A stretch of 63,992 nt of DNA, filler included, from Stramenopiles sp. TOSAG23-3 (taxonomy: Eukaryota), in assembly GCA_900128585.1 (NCBI GenBank). It is 5 parts of 5 records of this genome, joined end to end, with 100 filler letters (N's around TTAATTAATTAA, not from the genome) between each part and the next. Parts side by side here need not be neighbours in the genome. Positions count along the whole stretch, not along the records: positions 39,970 to 53,179 come from LT642635.1; 4 more parts are not named here. One strand, 5' to 3'. This document shows positions 40,755 to 51,247 of the stretch, piece by piece. The notes beneath the pieces were generated by a model. The model was not told where the DNA came from and ran no database searches. It saw only the letters and a program-made list of their open reading frames with translations. A program made the position numbers and the translations under genes. Positions within the stretch are counted from its first letter, which is position 1, and the number at the start of each line of letters is the position of its first letter.

Positions 40755-41909
40755 ATGCAGTGGGATACGATGAAGGACCTGATGGGGGGTATGTGGGGAG
40801 GTATTCTTGGGTCGGTCGCTGGTCAGCCCACGGACACCGTTAGAATTCGTATGCAGACGCTCTCGTCGACGTCCCCCCTGTACTCGTCCAACATGGACTG
40901 TGTCAGACAAATTTTGAAGCACGAAGGTCCGAGAGGTTTCATGAAAGGCCTCCTTCCGCCACTGCTTGGCAGCATACCCATAAATGCTGTCGTTTTTCCG
41001 GCACAGACCACTGTTCTAAGGCTTTGCAATGCCGCGAACAGTAACGAAATAGACGATGTTGATGACTTTTCGAGCACCTTGATGAACGGCTTCGCAGGGG
41101 CCGTGGCCGGCGCCGTGCAGAGCCCGTTGGCCTCGGTCACGGAGCTGGTCAAGATTCAGTTGCAGACCGATCGGAGCAGCAGTGGGAGCAAGAATACCAT
41201 GATCGGTATGACTCGAAAGATTGCTCGGGAGTACGGTTTTGGCACCTCTGGCCTGCTGCGAGGCGTAGGGATCACCTTAGGACGGGATCTTCCTGGGTTC
41301 GCGTCTTACTTTTTCGTGTACGATTTGTGCCAAAAAGAACTGCTGCACTTTCGGGAAGTATGGTTGGAACTGATCGCCTCGACCGATCGGAGAGAGGGGC
41401 GGGGGGCGGGGACCGGCAGGACCGTGAAACGTCCTGTAAAGGATGGACAACCAAATCAAGTGACAGGCTATCCGTCCGAGGCTCCGCCGGGGTGGTACGA
41501 CTCCCAAGGGGCTGACTTTCAACAGTTTCATAAAATTGAGACGCACGAAACGCAAATGTACGACAACGTGTCGTGCTTGGTTAGTGGCGGGCTGGCAGGG
41601 GTAGTATCGTGGCTTATTACAATGCCAATAGACGTTCTGAAAACCACCGTCCAAGCCCAGTTATCGTTAGACTCAGACGGGAGTGCGGGAAAGAAGACGG
41701 CGCAGCCCCCCTCCATAGTATCAATTGCCAAGAGAGGCTTTGAAATGGATGGGTACAACTATTTTTTCCGCGGCGTAAAGCCTACGTTAATGAGGGCCTT
41801 CATCGTCAACGCCGCTGTTTTCTTTGGGTACAACCAAGCAAAGAGACATTTGAAAATTTTTGATCATAACTTTGAAGATGACGATGTGAAAGATTTTTGG
41901 TCGCCTTAG
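40755..41909 (+). CDS. Mitochondrial carrier (SLC25; carnitine/basic amino acid carrier-like)
   Basis: Three repeats PTDTVRIRMQ, VTELVKIQLQ, PIDVLKTTVQ; GRDLPGFASYF; RAFIVNAAVF. Confidence 0.9.
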   Translation: MQWDTMKDLMGGMWGGILGSVAGQPTDTVRIRMQTLSSTSPLYSSNMDCVRQILKHEGPRGFMKGLLPPLLGSIPINAVVFPAQTTVLRLCNAANSNEIDDVDDFSSTLMNGFAGAVAGAVQSPLASVTELVKIQLQTDRSSSGSKNTMIGMTRKIAREYGFGTSGLLRGVGITLGRDLPGFASYFFVYDLCQKELLHFREVWLELIASTDRREGRGAGTGRTVKRPVKDGQPNQVTGYPSEAPPGWYDSQGADFQQFHKIETHETQMYDNVSCLVSGGLAGVVSWLITMPIDVLKTTVQAQLSLDSDGSAGKKTAQPPSIVSIAKRGFEMDGYNYFFRGVKPTLMRAFIVNAAVFFGYNQAKRHLKIFDHNFEDDDVKDFWSP

Positions 41910-42403
41910 AATACACGATGTGCGTGCAAAACACCATCCCAAACCATAGAAACCAAACGCATCACACATCCATTCATTCATAATTAATTTTACTTTTTTG
42001 TTTTAAGAATACTTTGTTTAACGACGTGGTACCGGTACAAAACAATTAATTTTTTTTTAATTTGTTTGAAAAAACCGAAGGAAAAAAAAAGGAACTCTCC
42101 TCCTCCTCCTACTATAAATTTTTACAGCAGCAGCACACCGGTGTGCTGCTGCTCCACCTCTACCGACCATCCAACCAATAATAATAATACATTTTATTTA
42201 TATCTACTACAAAACACGATCAAAACCCGTGTGTGTCATTTAAGCTAAGCTTTTGTTTTAAAGTGAATTGAAATAGAAACAACGGGAAACAATGTGCGTA
42301 GTACTCTGCGTTTATAATTTCAATTCTTTCTGTACTCAATTTTTGCCTCTCGTGTCTGATTACTCTTACGAAAATAGAGAGAAAGAAGAATTGAAAAAAA
42401 CAG

Positions 42404-43162
42404 ATGAGCAAGCGAACGGCCGTCGAGGCGGGACTCAGTGACTTGCCAAATACCAAGTTGAAAAAGACTGAAGAAGAAGGAGACGCTTCGTTTCGAAACG
42501 ATTTGGACGAGTTGGAAAATGATTTAGAAGAAGACGGCGATAATATGGACGAGGTAGAAGTAAGCGTAGAGGATGCGAAAGACGTGACCAAGGCTGAAAA
42601 GGACGGGTTGATGTACGGGGGGGGTGAAAAGAGCGAGGGACAGTTCACGGCCTTCAACCTAAACGAAGAAAGGCGCCTGGGCAACTATGGCCAAGACGGA
42701 AGCTTCACGTGGACACGAAGGAACATTGAGGATGACACGCACGCCGAGGATGCATGGCTACAAGGGAACGAAGCGCTGTCAAAGGAAAAATTAGTCGCGA
42801 TTGAGGAAAGGAAGAATCAAATTGATGGAAAGAAAATGGAGTTTAACAAAGTCTCCACGCTTCGGATTGTGGAAAAGCACTTGCTGCCGGGGGAAAGCGT
42901 CGACGCCGCGCTGAGGAGATTGGCGAAAAGTTCAGGACACAATGTAAATAAGAAGCCAAAGAAGAAGTCTTGGCGGGATCGCAAGAAGAAGGCTGGCGCT
43001 TCCAGCAATGCTGGGAAAACAAAGAGCGCTGCGTCTGGGAACAAAGGGGGCCCATTTTTGGACCTGACTGGGGCCGTCACCCAGCTGCTGGTAGACGGGG
43101 AAATGGCAAGCATCTATTCCATGACCAAGGACGACATTGGGCGTGCAATCATTCTGAGCTAG
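42404..43162 (+). CDS. CD2BP2: CD2BP2/Lin1 (U5-52K)-like protein lacking the GYF domain
   Basis: FTAFNLNEER..G.Y..DGSF, DAWL, LLPGESV..ALRRL, LTGA..L...G...IY.MT. Confidence 0.7.
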   Translation: MSKRTAVEAGLSDLPNTKLKKTEEEGDASFRNDLDELENDLEEDGDNMDEVEVSVEDAKDVTKAEKDGLMYGGGEKSEGQFTAFNLNEERRLGNYGQDGSFTWTRRNIEDDTHAEDAWLQGNEALSKEKLVAIEERKNQIDGKKMEFNKVSTLRIVEKHLLPGESVDAALRRLAKSSGHNVNKKPKKKSWRDRKKKAGASSNAGKTKSAASGNKGGPFLDLTGAVTQLLVDGEMASIYSMTKDDIGRAIILS

Positions 43163-43293
43163 TAAATCTTAGTACAAAGTATTAAGAATACGGTATACAT
43201 GGTATTTGGCTGTGCGTTTGTATTTATTTTACTTGACTGCCTGTACTCTGATGGTCCGCTCTCCCTAAGTTCTTAATTCTTACTTCGTGAGAA

Positions 43294-44865
43294 TTACTTC
43301 TTTTTCTTGCTGTGGTGGGACATTCTCAAACGGCGCATGTTCTCTTCCGCCTGCTTCACTGCCCGGCGAGCCTCCTCCGCAACGGCTCTGGACGCGCGGC
43401 GCCCGGTCTTGTTTCGCAAGCGTTTCCAGCGCCTTCGATCTTCATCGTTCATCACGAATATATTGCTAAATACCATATTGGCCTCCGCAACTGCGACCGC
43501 AGTGTCTGCTTCTTGTTTCATGATTTCGAATCGGCGCCCCAGCAGGTACTTGGGATTCCGTCGTACGTCCTCCCATGCCGTGTCCATTTCCACGAAATTG
43601 TTGTTTGCCCGTGTCATCGCCGAAAGGTTGTCTTCTCTCTCTTCTCGAATTTTAGCGCAGCGTTCCACGAGTTCCAAGTAGCTCACCTGGTCCTTAAATG
43701 TACTGTCGTTCAAGGCGTTGTCGACGGACTCGATCTTACGGAAACCATAAATTGGTTTGTCGTGCTCTCTGCCAATCATGATGCTTGCCGTCGGTGGGGC
43801 GCGCTTCTGCTTCTCCGCCTCCAGCATCGCTTGCTCGGCCTGCAACGCTTCCCTGGCTTGCTTTGCCTTCTCTACCGTTTCCCTGCGAAGGTTGTCCGCC
43901 AAAAGTTTTGCGCGATCCTTTGCAGAGAGCTTCAGCTCCTTTAAACGCTCCTTGTGTTGCCTGTAAATCTCTTTCGACTGCATCTGTTTCGCAGCACGGA
44001 CCTCCTCGGCCATCAAAAGTTTCACCATTCCCTTGTCCGCCTCGTAGGCCTTTGTAGAAATCTTGTCTGGAAAATCGACGTTGGCTTGCATGGCCATTTT
44101 CTTGTTGTAATCGTCAAAATCATGGGTTGTAATTGTATCGATTTCGGTCGGCGTCAGTGGCCTGCTCCAAGGCCTTTTCCGTTCGTGCACCGGGCTGTGC
44201 GGAACCTCCATTTCTTTCAACAATTCTCGGTTTGACGATCTGTCGTTTTGAAAAAGTTCGTTGAGCATTGGTCGGAATTGCAAGTGAACAGGCTTCGCTC
44301 CCTCAACCTCAGCTCTAGGGGCCGGTGACAGCGCAGCTTTGTAGAACGCGTCTTTCTCGTGATTCCTCTCCAGCGCATGTTCATACTCGTCCCCCAAAAT
44401 ATCAAGGGACTGTCGCCGAAGCAAATTGGTCGCTCGAAGCGTTCGTTTGCTTTCTATTTTTGGGTCAAAGTTCCTCCATATGACTTCTGCTTTTTGCCGC
44501 GGTAAATACTCCTCTTCTTCGACTTGGTTCGCCTTTCTTTCCTCTTTCAACCTTTGCTCTGTAGAAAATTCTTCAAAAGACTTTAAGCGGTTCGTGCTGC
44601 TTCGCTTCAAGAGTCGAGCGAATTTCTTTTCTGGCGACACTTTTTTTTTCTTGCCCTTTTCCTTTCCCTGTCTATGTTTTTCCTTTTTCGACGTCGCCGA
44701 CTTGCCGTCTGGCCTCGCCGAGGGGCTCACTACAGTATGCCACCCTCCATCCCGCTCCCTGTGCCTCATGTACCCTTGCCTGTCTACGGTTTTCTTGCGC
44801 AGCAGCCTCGTTCGATTCACAGGCGATCCCGTCCACGGATCATTGTCTATTTCATCAACCTCCAT
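43294..44865 (-). CDS. Hypothetical coiled-coil protein
   Basis: 523-aa ORF, charged and helical, ATG start; no domain recognised. Confidence 0.75.
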   Translation of the reverse strand: MEVDEIDNDPWTGSPVNRTRLLRKKTVDRQGYMRHRERDGGWHTVVSPSARPDGKSATSKKEKHRQGKEKGKKKKVSPEKKFARLLKRSSTNRLKSFEEFSTEQRLKEERKANQVEEEEYLPRQKAEVIWRNFDPKIESKRTLRATNLLRRQSLDILGDEYEHALERNHEKDAFYKAALSPAPRAEVEGAKPVHLQFRPMLNELFQNDRSSNRELLKEMEVPHSPVHERKRPWSRPLTPTEIDTITTHDFDDYNKKMAMQANVDFPDKISTKAYEADKGMVKLLMAEEVRAAKQMQSKEIYRQHKERLKELKLSAKDRAKLLADNLRRETVEKAKQAREALQAEQAMLEAEKQKRAPPTASIMIGREHDKPIYGFRKIESVDNALNDSTFKDQVSYLELVERCAKIREEREDNLSAMTRANNNFVEMDTAWEDVRRNPKYLLGRRFEIMKQEADTAVAVAEANMVFSNIFVMNDEDRRRWKRLRNKTGRRASRAVAEEARRAVKQAEENMRRLRMSHHSKKKK

Positions 44866-45806
44866 TCTTCTATAAAAGTAATAACCCGCCGTCTATTCAC
44901 AGTGTACCCCCCAGACCCTTCGACGAAGTGTAATGCTTTATATGTCCCTACGAACAATCGCCTGTTCGTTTGTACGTCAACGGAAGGACACTGCAGCCTC
45001 TGTATATTTATATTTATATTATCAATTTTTTAAACACTGATTCGTCAACGTGCATTACACTTTCTTAAATAGATTAAAAATAAATCAATCGCAATCGCAA
45101 TGTGAAAATGTCAAATCGAAATTAGTAAATAGAATTGGCCGTTATTAAGTATTTATTGTTCTTCTCCCTCCTCTCCTCCTCCAAAACATTTTTTTTTTTT
45201 AGTTACAACAGAGTGTAAAAATTAAATAGGTAACATAAAGTATAATAATATGTATTCTTATTTTAATATTATAAAAAGTAGAGAATTAATAAAAAAAAGT
45301 AAAACTCATTTCGCAAATGTCCGTTTAGAATCTATATTATTAATACCGACTTATCACTGTTCCTGGGTGCATGTACGTACCTGTACCGTAGTACCAGTAT
45401 TAACATTATATTACCTCGAAAAATAATAAATAGATTTTAGTTGCAGTTTGTTGTGTTTCAATTCTTCCTTTGTTGTCGTCTTCTTCTTTCTTCTTCTTCT
45501 GTCTATCATCTGACTTCGCACCTTTGTTCTAAAATGAATTATAGTGACAGTAACAGGAGAATAGCAACAAATAGGGCGTTTTTTCTCCTACTCTATACAC
45601 TACAACTATTATTATTGTTGTCAGCCAGAAGAAAAAAAGAGTTTATTTTGTTCTTTGCAGTGAGCGTGCAATTATTGCGTGCCAAAACTTGAGTTGTGTT
45701 TAGTGGGGTACTGAAATTATTATGGAAAACCCACCGTTTCAAAAGGTAGTGTTTCTTGCAGGTGTCGTTAGTTTCACGTTCACCATATCCCAGAGTCCAC
45801 TTCGGA

Positions 45807-48800
45807 ATGGCGCGACTGCACGATGCAAACGAAGTGCTGCCGGTTTACAACAAAAGGCCGGGAAAAGTGTCCCAGGTTCCTCGTCGGCGCAAATCCAAAG
45901 GGGGGAAGAAGGATGATATTCCCGTGGATCCGAGGAAGATTGAGGCCAAGCTGGCGCTGCGAGATCTTGCGAGGGAGTCCAACGCAAGAATAGGAGAAAC
46001 TCTAGCCAATTTTGAAGATTTTGTGCGCAAAGACAAACGTTTCTTGCGCTCGGGAAAGACGGGCGACGCCTACCAAGCCGCTTCGGAAGCTTTTGAGGAC
46101 GCCGAGTTTTTATTCACGGAAGTTGATAGAATTACCGACGAGCAAGTTGACTCCATGGAAGAAATGAACAAATGGTTCAATAATAATATAGAAGAAGGGA
46201 GTTTAATGGAAGCTGAGTTTTTGGATGCAGAGGAGGAATCAAAGGGTTTGACAGATCTGCTGGAGACGTCAGAGCGGGTGAAGATGGACTACCTTTACAC
46301 CGCTGCAAACGCGGGAAACAACATGAAAAAAATTTTTGGAAACGTCAAGAAAGCCGCAGAAGACGGGGTAAAGAATGCAGTAGCCCACGCAGAGCAGCAT
46401 GTTGCCGAGATGGAAAAGCACAAGAAGGAGAAGAGAAGACTTCAAATAATTGGGGCGCTGCACCACCACAGGGCGACCAAGAACACCGCCGGGGCGGCTG
46501 AGCCAGTCGAGGAGAAAGAAGAGGCGACGAAGGGCCCGAAGCCCAACGTCAAAGGTTTGCTCGGCGCAGCTAGCAAGTTCAAGACTAAAAAAAAGGTTAA
46601 GGAGCCCGAGGTGAAAGAGAGGGAACCGGAGGAGAGCGATTTGGACTACTACAACAGAACAAGGAAAGATAAAATAGTCAGCGAGTCAGAGGAAGAGGAG
46701 GAAGAAGTTGTGGAAGAGGAAGACGATGAGTTCAAGGAATTGCTGGACCAAATAGCGACTATGAAAGCAGAAATGGACGAATTGAAGAAGCAGAAAAAGG
46801 AAGACGAGACGAAGGTCAAAATGGCCGAGGCAAAAGTGGACCAGTTGACGCAGAAATTTGCTGCGTACCGACAGGACACCGACAACAAAGAAGTCAACTT
46901 CCGGCGTCAGAAGGCGTCGCTGAACGAACAGCTGATGCGTGAGTCTACGAGGGCCAGGGAAAAGGAGTTGGAAGAGCGAGCAAAGTTTGAAGCAGAGACT
47001 TTCATTCACAAGTCTGCAAATAGAAAGGGCGCTGAAGCTTCTAAGATCAAAGAAAAGGCCCTTCGAAAGGAAATTCATGGGCTCCAGGATAAGCTGCAAA
47101 AGTTAATAGTTGTAAAAGAGAAGCAAGACGAAGAACTTGAGGAGTTGCGAATTGAAGTTGCAAAGCCGAAGATCGAGCCAGAGGAGTACGAACGAGTGTG
47201 TCAGTTACAAAGAGAAACGGACGATGCATTGGCCGTCTTGCAGACGGAATTCGGACAGTTTAAGATTGATGCAGCACAAGAAAAAAAGATGCTGGAGCAG
47301 AAAATTTTTGATGCGCAAGAAGAGACCGAGAAGGAACGGCAGAAGGTCCAAGAAACGCTAAAGCGCGCTTTGGCCGCAGAAAAACAGGTGGAAAACCTAG
47401 AGAAGGAGGTCAAAAATTTAGAGCAAAAACTCATTGAAGCGGAAGAAGAAAAAATTCGCGCAGTCGCGGAAGAGCGGGAAAGAGGGGAGAAGCTGCTTGC
47501 GGAGCAGGTGCTCAAAACAGAGGCAGAGACCGCAAGAGCAGACGCCGCTGAGGAAGAAGTGGAAAGGCTCGAAGCTGAGATAGAGGATTTAAAAATTCAG
47601 CACGCGAAAGAGGTTGAGAAGCTCACGAACAGAATCGAAACTCTGGAGCACGAAGTCGACGTTTTGAAGGAGTTTGCAACGGACATAATGGGCAGCGCTA
47701 TCGAGCTTACGTCAAAGGGGGGGGAGCAGTGCAGAGTAATTATTGAAGAGCATTACAGGGCTGACAAGCTTAAGAAGTACATCGAAGTGGGAAATTCGGA
47801 GCCCGATGAGGAGGCGATACTGGACTCCTCCAAATTGGACGGCATGCCAATTGTGGCAGAAATCTTGCACGTAGCCGTGGATCTGACAAGTGCCAGCCAT
47901 GCAGACGTGGAAGAGTACGGGAAGCTCGTCTCCGATTTTGACAGTGGGAAGTCCCTTCGGGACTTGATATTTGCGGTGGAAAACACAACGGCTGTGAAAA
48001 CGGGGCTCATCGAAGCTCCCGAAAGTACGAAGGCGATCGATAAACGGCTTGAGGAGAGTCAGAAATCGATTGACAAATGCCGTGTTCGACTGGCCACAAG
48101 TGGAGATATAACTGCGGACAAAGCCAAAAAGTACATAAAGGCGGGAATAGACACAGCCATGACTGCACTAATATCGAATAAAACTGACCGGGCCGCCAAC
48201 CGAGTTCAAATTAGAGATGATGCTCGAAAGCTTGCAAAAGAAAAGGCCGAGGCACTCTTGGCTTGTCTTCGCGGCGACAGGGAGGAGGCCTACGCGCACG
48301 CGGACAGTCTGGCGACCCCATTAGTGCAGACGTCGCAGCTGCTTCACAGGCTCCGTTACTACCTAGAGACGTCGTGGGAGGACGAGAAGGAAGATGCTGA
48401 CGTCCTGATTGCGGAAGTTCATAAGCTGGAGAGCAACAACGTCGTTCGAAAAATGGTTGGAGAATGCTTCGATTTGGCCTTGCCAAAGCTGAAAAAGAAA
48501 CCCGTGAACGACCTGGTTGCCTTGATCATTCAACGTCGGAACATTGTTCGGTCGATACGCCTTGGGCGTGTCGACGATCCGCCATTGAAACCAGAAAAAA
48601 TAAAGAAGCTCAATAACAATCTTAAGGCCGTTGTCGAGAAGATGTCGAAACTGCGCGCCTCAATGAAGTCGATGGTGGACGTTTCTGACGAACACTTCGA
48701 CTGGTACTTTCCATTTATGGGAAAGCTTGAGCACACCGACGACATGCTCGGTCTTGTCGATCGCGGGGAGCAGCACGAGGCCAAGAGGCTGGAGATAGGG

Positions 48801-51155
48801 GGGGAGATTGAGAAGATCGAAAACGCGCAAAACGGGGTATTGGGGGAACTTCAAAAGCACAGAACAAAAAAATCTGCCGAGCGGGTTCAATCTCGCAATG
48901 TTGCAATTGCAGAGAAGGTCGAGAAAACGAAGGCCCTTATTGAATCCTTGGAGCTCGGCGTGGAAAGACGAAACGGGGCGATTACGATAACGCTAGATCA
49001 AATCAAGCTGCTGAAGAAGGCGCTAACAGACCACTCGATTCTTCTGCAAAAGTTGAAGGTACACGCAGGGTCGCATGGGAAAATACACGAACGGGGAAAA
49101 CTTGTGGCAGCTGCGCACAAACTGGAGCTAGAATCAACAATTGTGACCAGTATAGTTGGTCCTTGCATTGACTTGCGAGCTGCGGAAAAGAAAATTATAA
49201 AAATACTGCGAGACACACAAATGGTGGTGTACGAGAACATGCTTCGCCTGAGCTACGAGACAGACGAGAAGGAGAGGGAAGCCATCAAAAGTTCGCTTGA
49301 AAAAGGCTTCGAAACGGTCCGAAAATCGAAATCGGACTTCATCCGCAGCGGAGGGATGTGCGACCTCATGGACGAAGAGAATGCGACAAGAGACCAGGAA
49401 AATGACGTTCAGCAACACTTAAATGCAGAAGCGGATCTAGCAACATTGACCCTCCAGCTGCAGCTAGACCCAGGCAGCCAAAGCCTAATGGAGCAGGTAC
49501 AGCTGGCGACGAACAACGTTGAATCCCTGTCGATGACTATTGTGAAGCGTCGACAGAGTTTGGCAATGGTGCTCTTTGATTTTGAAGACGAAGAGGCGAA
49601 GAAGCCGAGCCCGCTTCAGCTCGAACGCGATGCGCTAAAGGTCAAGCTAGAGGCCACTGAAACCGAGTACGAACAGTCCAAGGTAACTTGGGAAGGGGAG
49701 AAAACTACTCTGACCGAAGACTTGAGCGAGACAAAGACTTCGCTCGAGGAAGCCATGAAAGAGTTAATGAGGCTCCAGGCTACCGATATCGACACTGTCC
49801 TTGACAACCAGAGCAAGGAACGGTTTGCCTTGGCCATGCTATCCTTTAAAATAGAAGATGCAATCCGATACCTGTCCAGGCAAGCACCCTTGAGTGCAGA
49901 GAGCTCAAAGCCACAGATTCCGTCGAAAAAAAATATGTGGATAGCAAATAGAACCAAGGTGCAGAATGTGGCGGAGGGGGTCGAAGTAAAAGAGAGGGAC
50001 CAGTCTGACCTGACCCCGCCGCTGGTTTCCAAAGAAGTGCAAACGTTGCTGAAGCACATTGAAAAATGCGTTGGTACCATTATGAAGCTTGAGTTTGATA
50101 GCGAGAGTGGCGGGGGCGGCGGGGGCTCCTACGGTGGAGGGGCAGATCGGCCCGACGCCAGGCCAATGAAGAGCATCAAAAAGAGCCTACGGATTTCAAG
50201 GGCAGACGGTAAAGGCCGAGGGCAGCCCGGTGTAAAAGGAAAGATCGAACCGAAGAACCTGTCTGCTATTGCCCACATGCGTCATGTTGTCGCTGACCAG
50301 AAAAGACAAATGTCCATATTGGAAATCGAACTGAAGGCGCAGACAGACCAGCATCATGGGTACGGTGAGCTCGAGGCGACCGAACGTCGGGTGCGGAAAG
50401 ACAAGAAGTACAAACGGATCAAGTCCAAGGCACGAATGCAGAATTTGAACAACGGCCTGAAGATGCAGCGAATCAACGAAGTCTTGGAAAAAGCCACTGG
50501 CGAGAATGTTAGCGAGTCGGAAAAAAAGGCACTAATGCATCGAAAGACGAAACTGGAATTCGAAATGCAAAAAGGCAACGAAATGATCGAATCAGCGGAG
50601 CAGAAACGGGAGGAAAATTTACTGTATGCTCTCTCTGCGCTGGAACGAGTCCAGGTTGCAGCCGAGACTATAATATCTGACCTGCCCTCGAACGAAGTTC
50701 TGGACAGAGCGTTTGAAAAAAGAGAGGAGCTTCGGAGGAAAATGATGTCGTCTGGAACGGAATCGGGAAAGTTTCCTTCGTTAACGGGTCAGGGTTACCC
50801 CCACCTTCACGTTAGCGCGACCGTTCGCGAGGTCAACATATCTTCGCCGTCGACAAAAGCGCGACAGCGAACGCCGTCGAAGATGTCCTCCTTCGGGAGC
50901 TCAGCGCCACGGACAGCATTCACCGACCGGCAGGCCGGCTCCAGTTCAGGCAATGAAAGGACCACGACTGGCAGCAGCGTGAACAAGTACATAAAACAGG
51001 GTTTGTTTGTTGGGCAGATCGAGAGTGCGGACATGTCGAAGCATATCCGACGGGCCAGGAGCATGAGCACACTTGGCAACAAAGTCAGCCCCGTGGCCAT
51101 GAGAAGAACGTCTCCCAACATGCCACCGTGGTTTCCTGCAAAAGACACGTTTTAG
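45807..51155 (+). CDS. Large hypothetical coiled-coil protein (~1780 aa)
   Basis: Uninterrupted ORF 45756..51155; first ATG at 45807; long E/K-rich heptad regions; no P-loop or motor motifs seen. Confidence 0.85.
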   Translation: MARLHDANEVLPVYNKRPGKVSQVPRRRKSKGGKKDDIPVDPRKIEAKLALRDLARESNARIGETLANFEDFVRKDKRFLRSGKTGDAYQAASEAFEDAEFLFTEVDRITDEQVDSMEEMNKWFNNNIEEGSLMEAEFLDAEEESKGLTDLLETSERVKMDYLYTAANAGNNMKKIFGNVKKAAEDGVKNAVAHAEQHVAEMEKHKKEKRRLQIIGALHHHRATKNTAGAAEPVEEKEEATKGPKPNVKGLLGAASKFKTKKKVKEPEVKEREPEESDLDYYNRTRKDKIVSESEEEEEEVVEEEDDEFKELLDQIATMKAEMDELKKQKKEDETKVKMAEAKVDQLTQKFAAYRQDTDNKEVNFRRQKASLNEQLMRESTRAREKELEERAKFEAETFIHKSANRKGAEASKIKEKALRKEIHGLQDKLQKLIVVKEKQDEELEELRIEVAKPKIEPEEYERVCQLQRETDDALAVLQTEFGQFKIDAAQEKKMLEQKIFDAQEETEKERQKVQETLKRALAAEKQVENLEKEVKNLEQKLIEAEEEKIRAVAEERERGEKLLAEQVLKTEAETARADAAEEEVERLEAEIEDLKIQHAKEVEKLTNRIETLEHEVDVLKEFATDIMGSAIELTSKGGEQCRVIIEEHYRADKLKKYIEVGNSEPDEEAILDSSKLDGMPIVAEILHVAVDLTSASHADVEEYGKLVSDFDSGKSLRDLIFAVENTTAVKTGLIEAPESTKAIDKRLEESQKSIDKCRVRLATSGDITADKAKKYIKAGIDTAMTALISNKTDRAANRVQIRDDARKLAKEKAEALLACLRGDREEAYAHADSLATPLVQTSQLLHRLRYYLETSWEDEKEDADVLIAEVHKLESNNVVRKMVGECFDLALPKLKKKPVNDLVALIIQRRNIVRSIRLGRVDDPPLKPEKIKKLNNNLKAVVEKMSKLRASMKSMVDVSDEHFDWYFPFMGKLEHTDDMLGLVDRGEQHEAKRLEIGGEIEKIENAQNGVLGELQKHRTKKSAERVQSRNVAIAEKVEKTKALIESLELGVERRNGAITITLDQIKLLKKALTDHSILLQKLKVHAGSHGKIHERGKLVAAAHKLELESTIVTSIVGPCIDLRAAEKKIIKILRDTQMVVYENMLRLSYETDEKEREAIKSSLEKGFETVRKSKSDFIRSGGMCDLMDEENATRDQENDVQQHLNAEADLATLTLQLQLDPGSQSLMEQVQLATNNVESLSMTIVKRRQSLAMVLFDFEDEEAKKPSPLQLERDALKVKLEATETEYEQSKVTWEGEKTTLTEDLSETKTSLEEAMKELMRLQATDIDTVLDNQSKERFALAMLSFKIEDAIRYLSRQAPLSAESSKPQIPSKKNMWIANRTKVQNVAEGVEVKERDQSDLTPPLVSKEVQTLLKHIEKCVGTIMKLEFDSESGGGGGGSYGGGADRPDARPMKSIKKSLRISRADGKGRGQPGVKGKIEPKNLSAIAHMRHVVADQKRQMSILEIELKAQTDQHHGYGELEATERRVRKDKKYKRIKSKARMQNLNNGLKMQRINEVLEKATGENVSESEKKALMHRKTKLEFEMQKGNEMIESAEQKREENLLYALSALERVQVAAETIISDLPSNEVLDRAFEKREELRRKMMSSGTESGKFPSLTGQGYPHLHVSATVREVNISSPSTKARQRTPSKMSSFGSSAPRTAFTDRQAGSSSGNERTTTGSSVNKYIKQGLFVGQIESADMSKHIRRARSMSTLGNKVSPVAMRRTSPNMPPWFPAKDTF

Positions 51156-51247
51156 GGACAGAAAGAGACGGTTGGGCGGAAGAAAAACACTTGTAATGTA
51201 CGTACGTAAATACTAATCTTTCCAGTGTACCAGTAATCACGAGCGAG

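Noticed and set aside
45807-51155. SMC, myosin or kinesin identity for the large coiled-coil protein
   Set aside because: No Walker A/B or motor-domain motifs; only generic coiled-coil composition.
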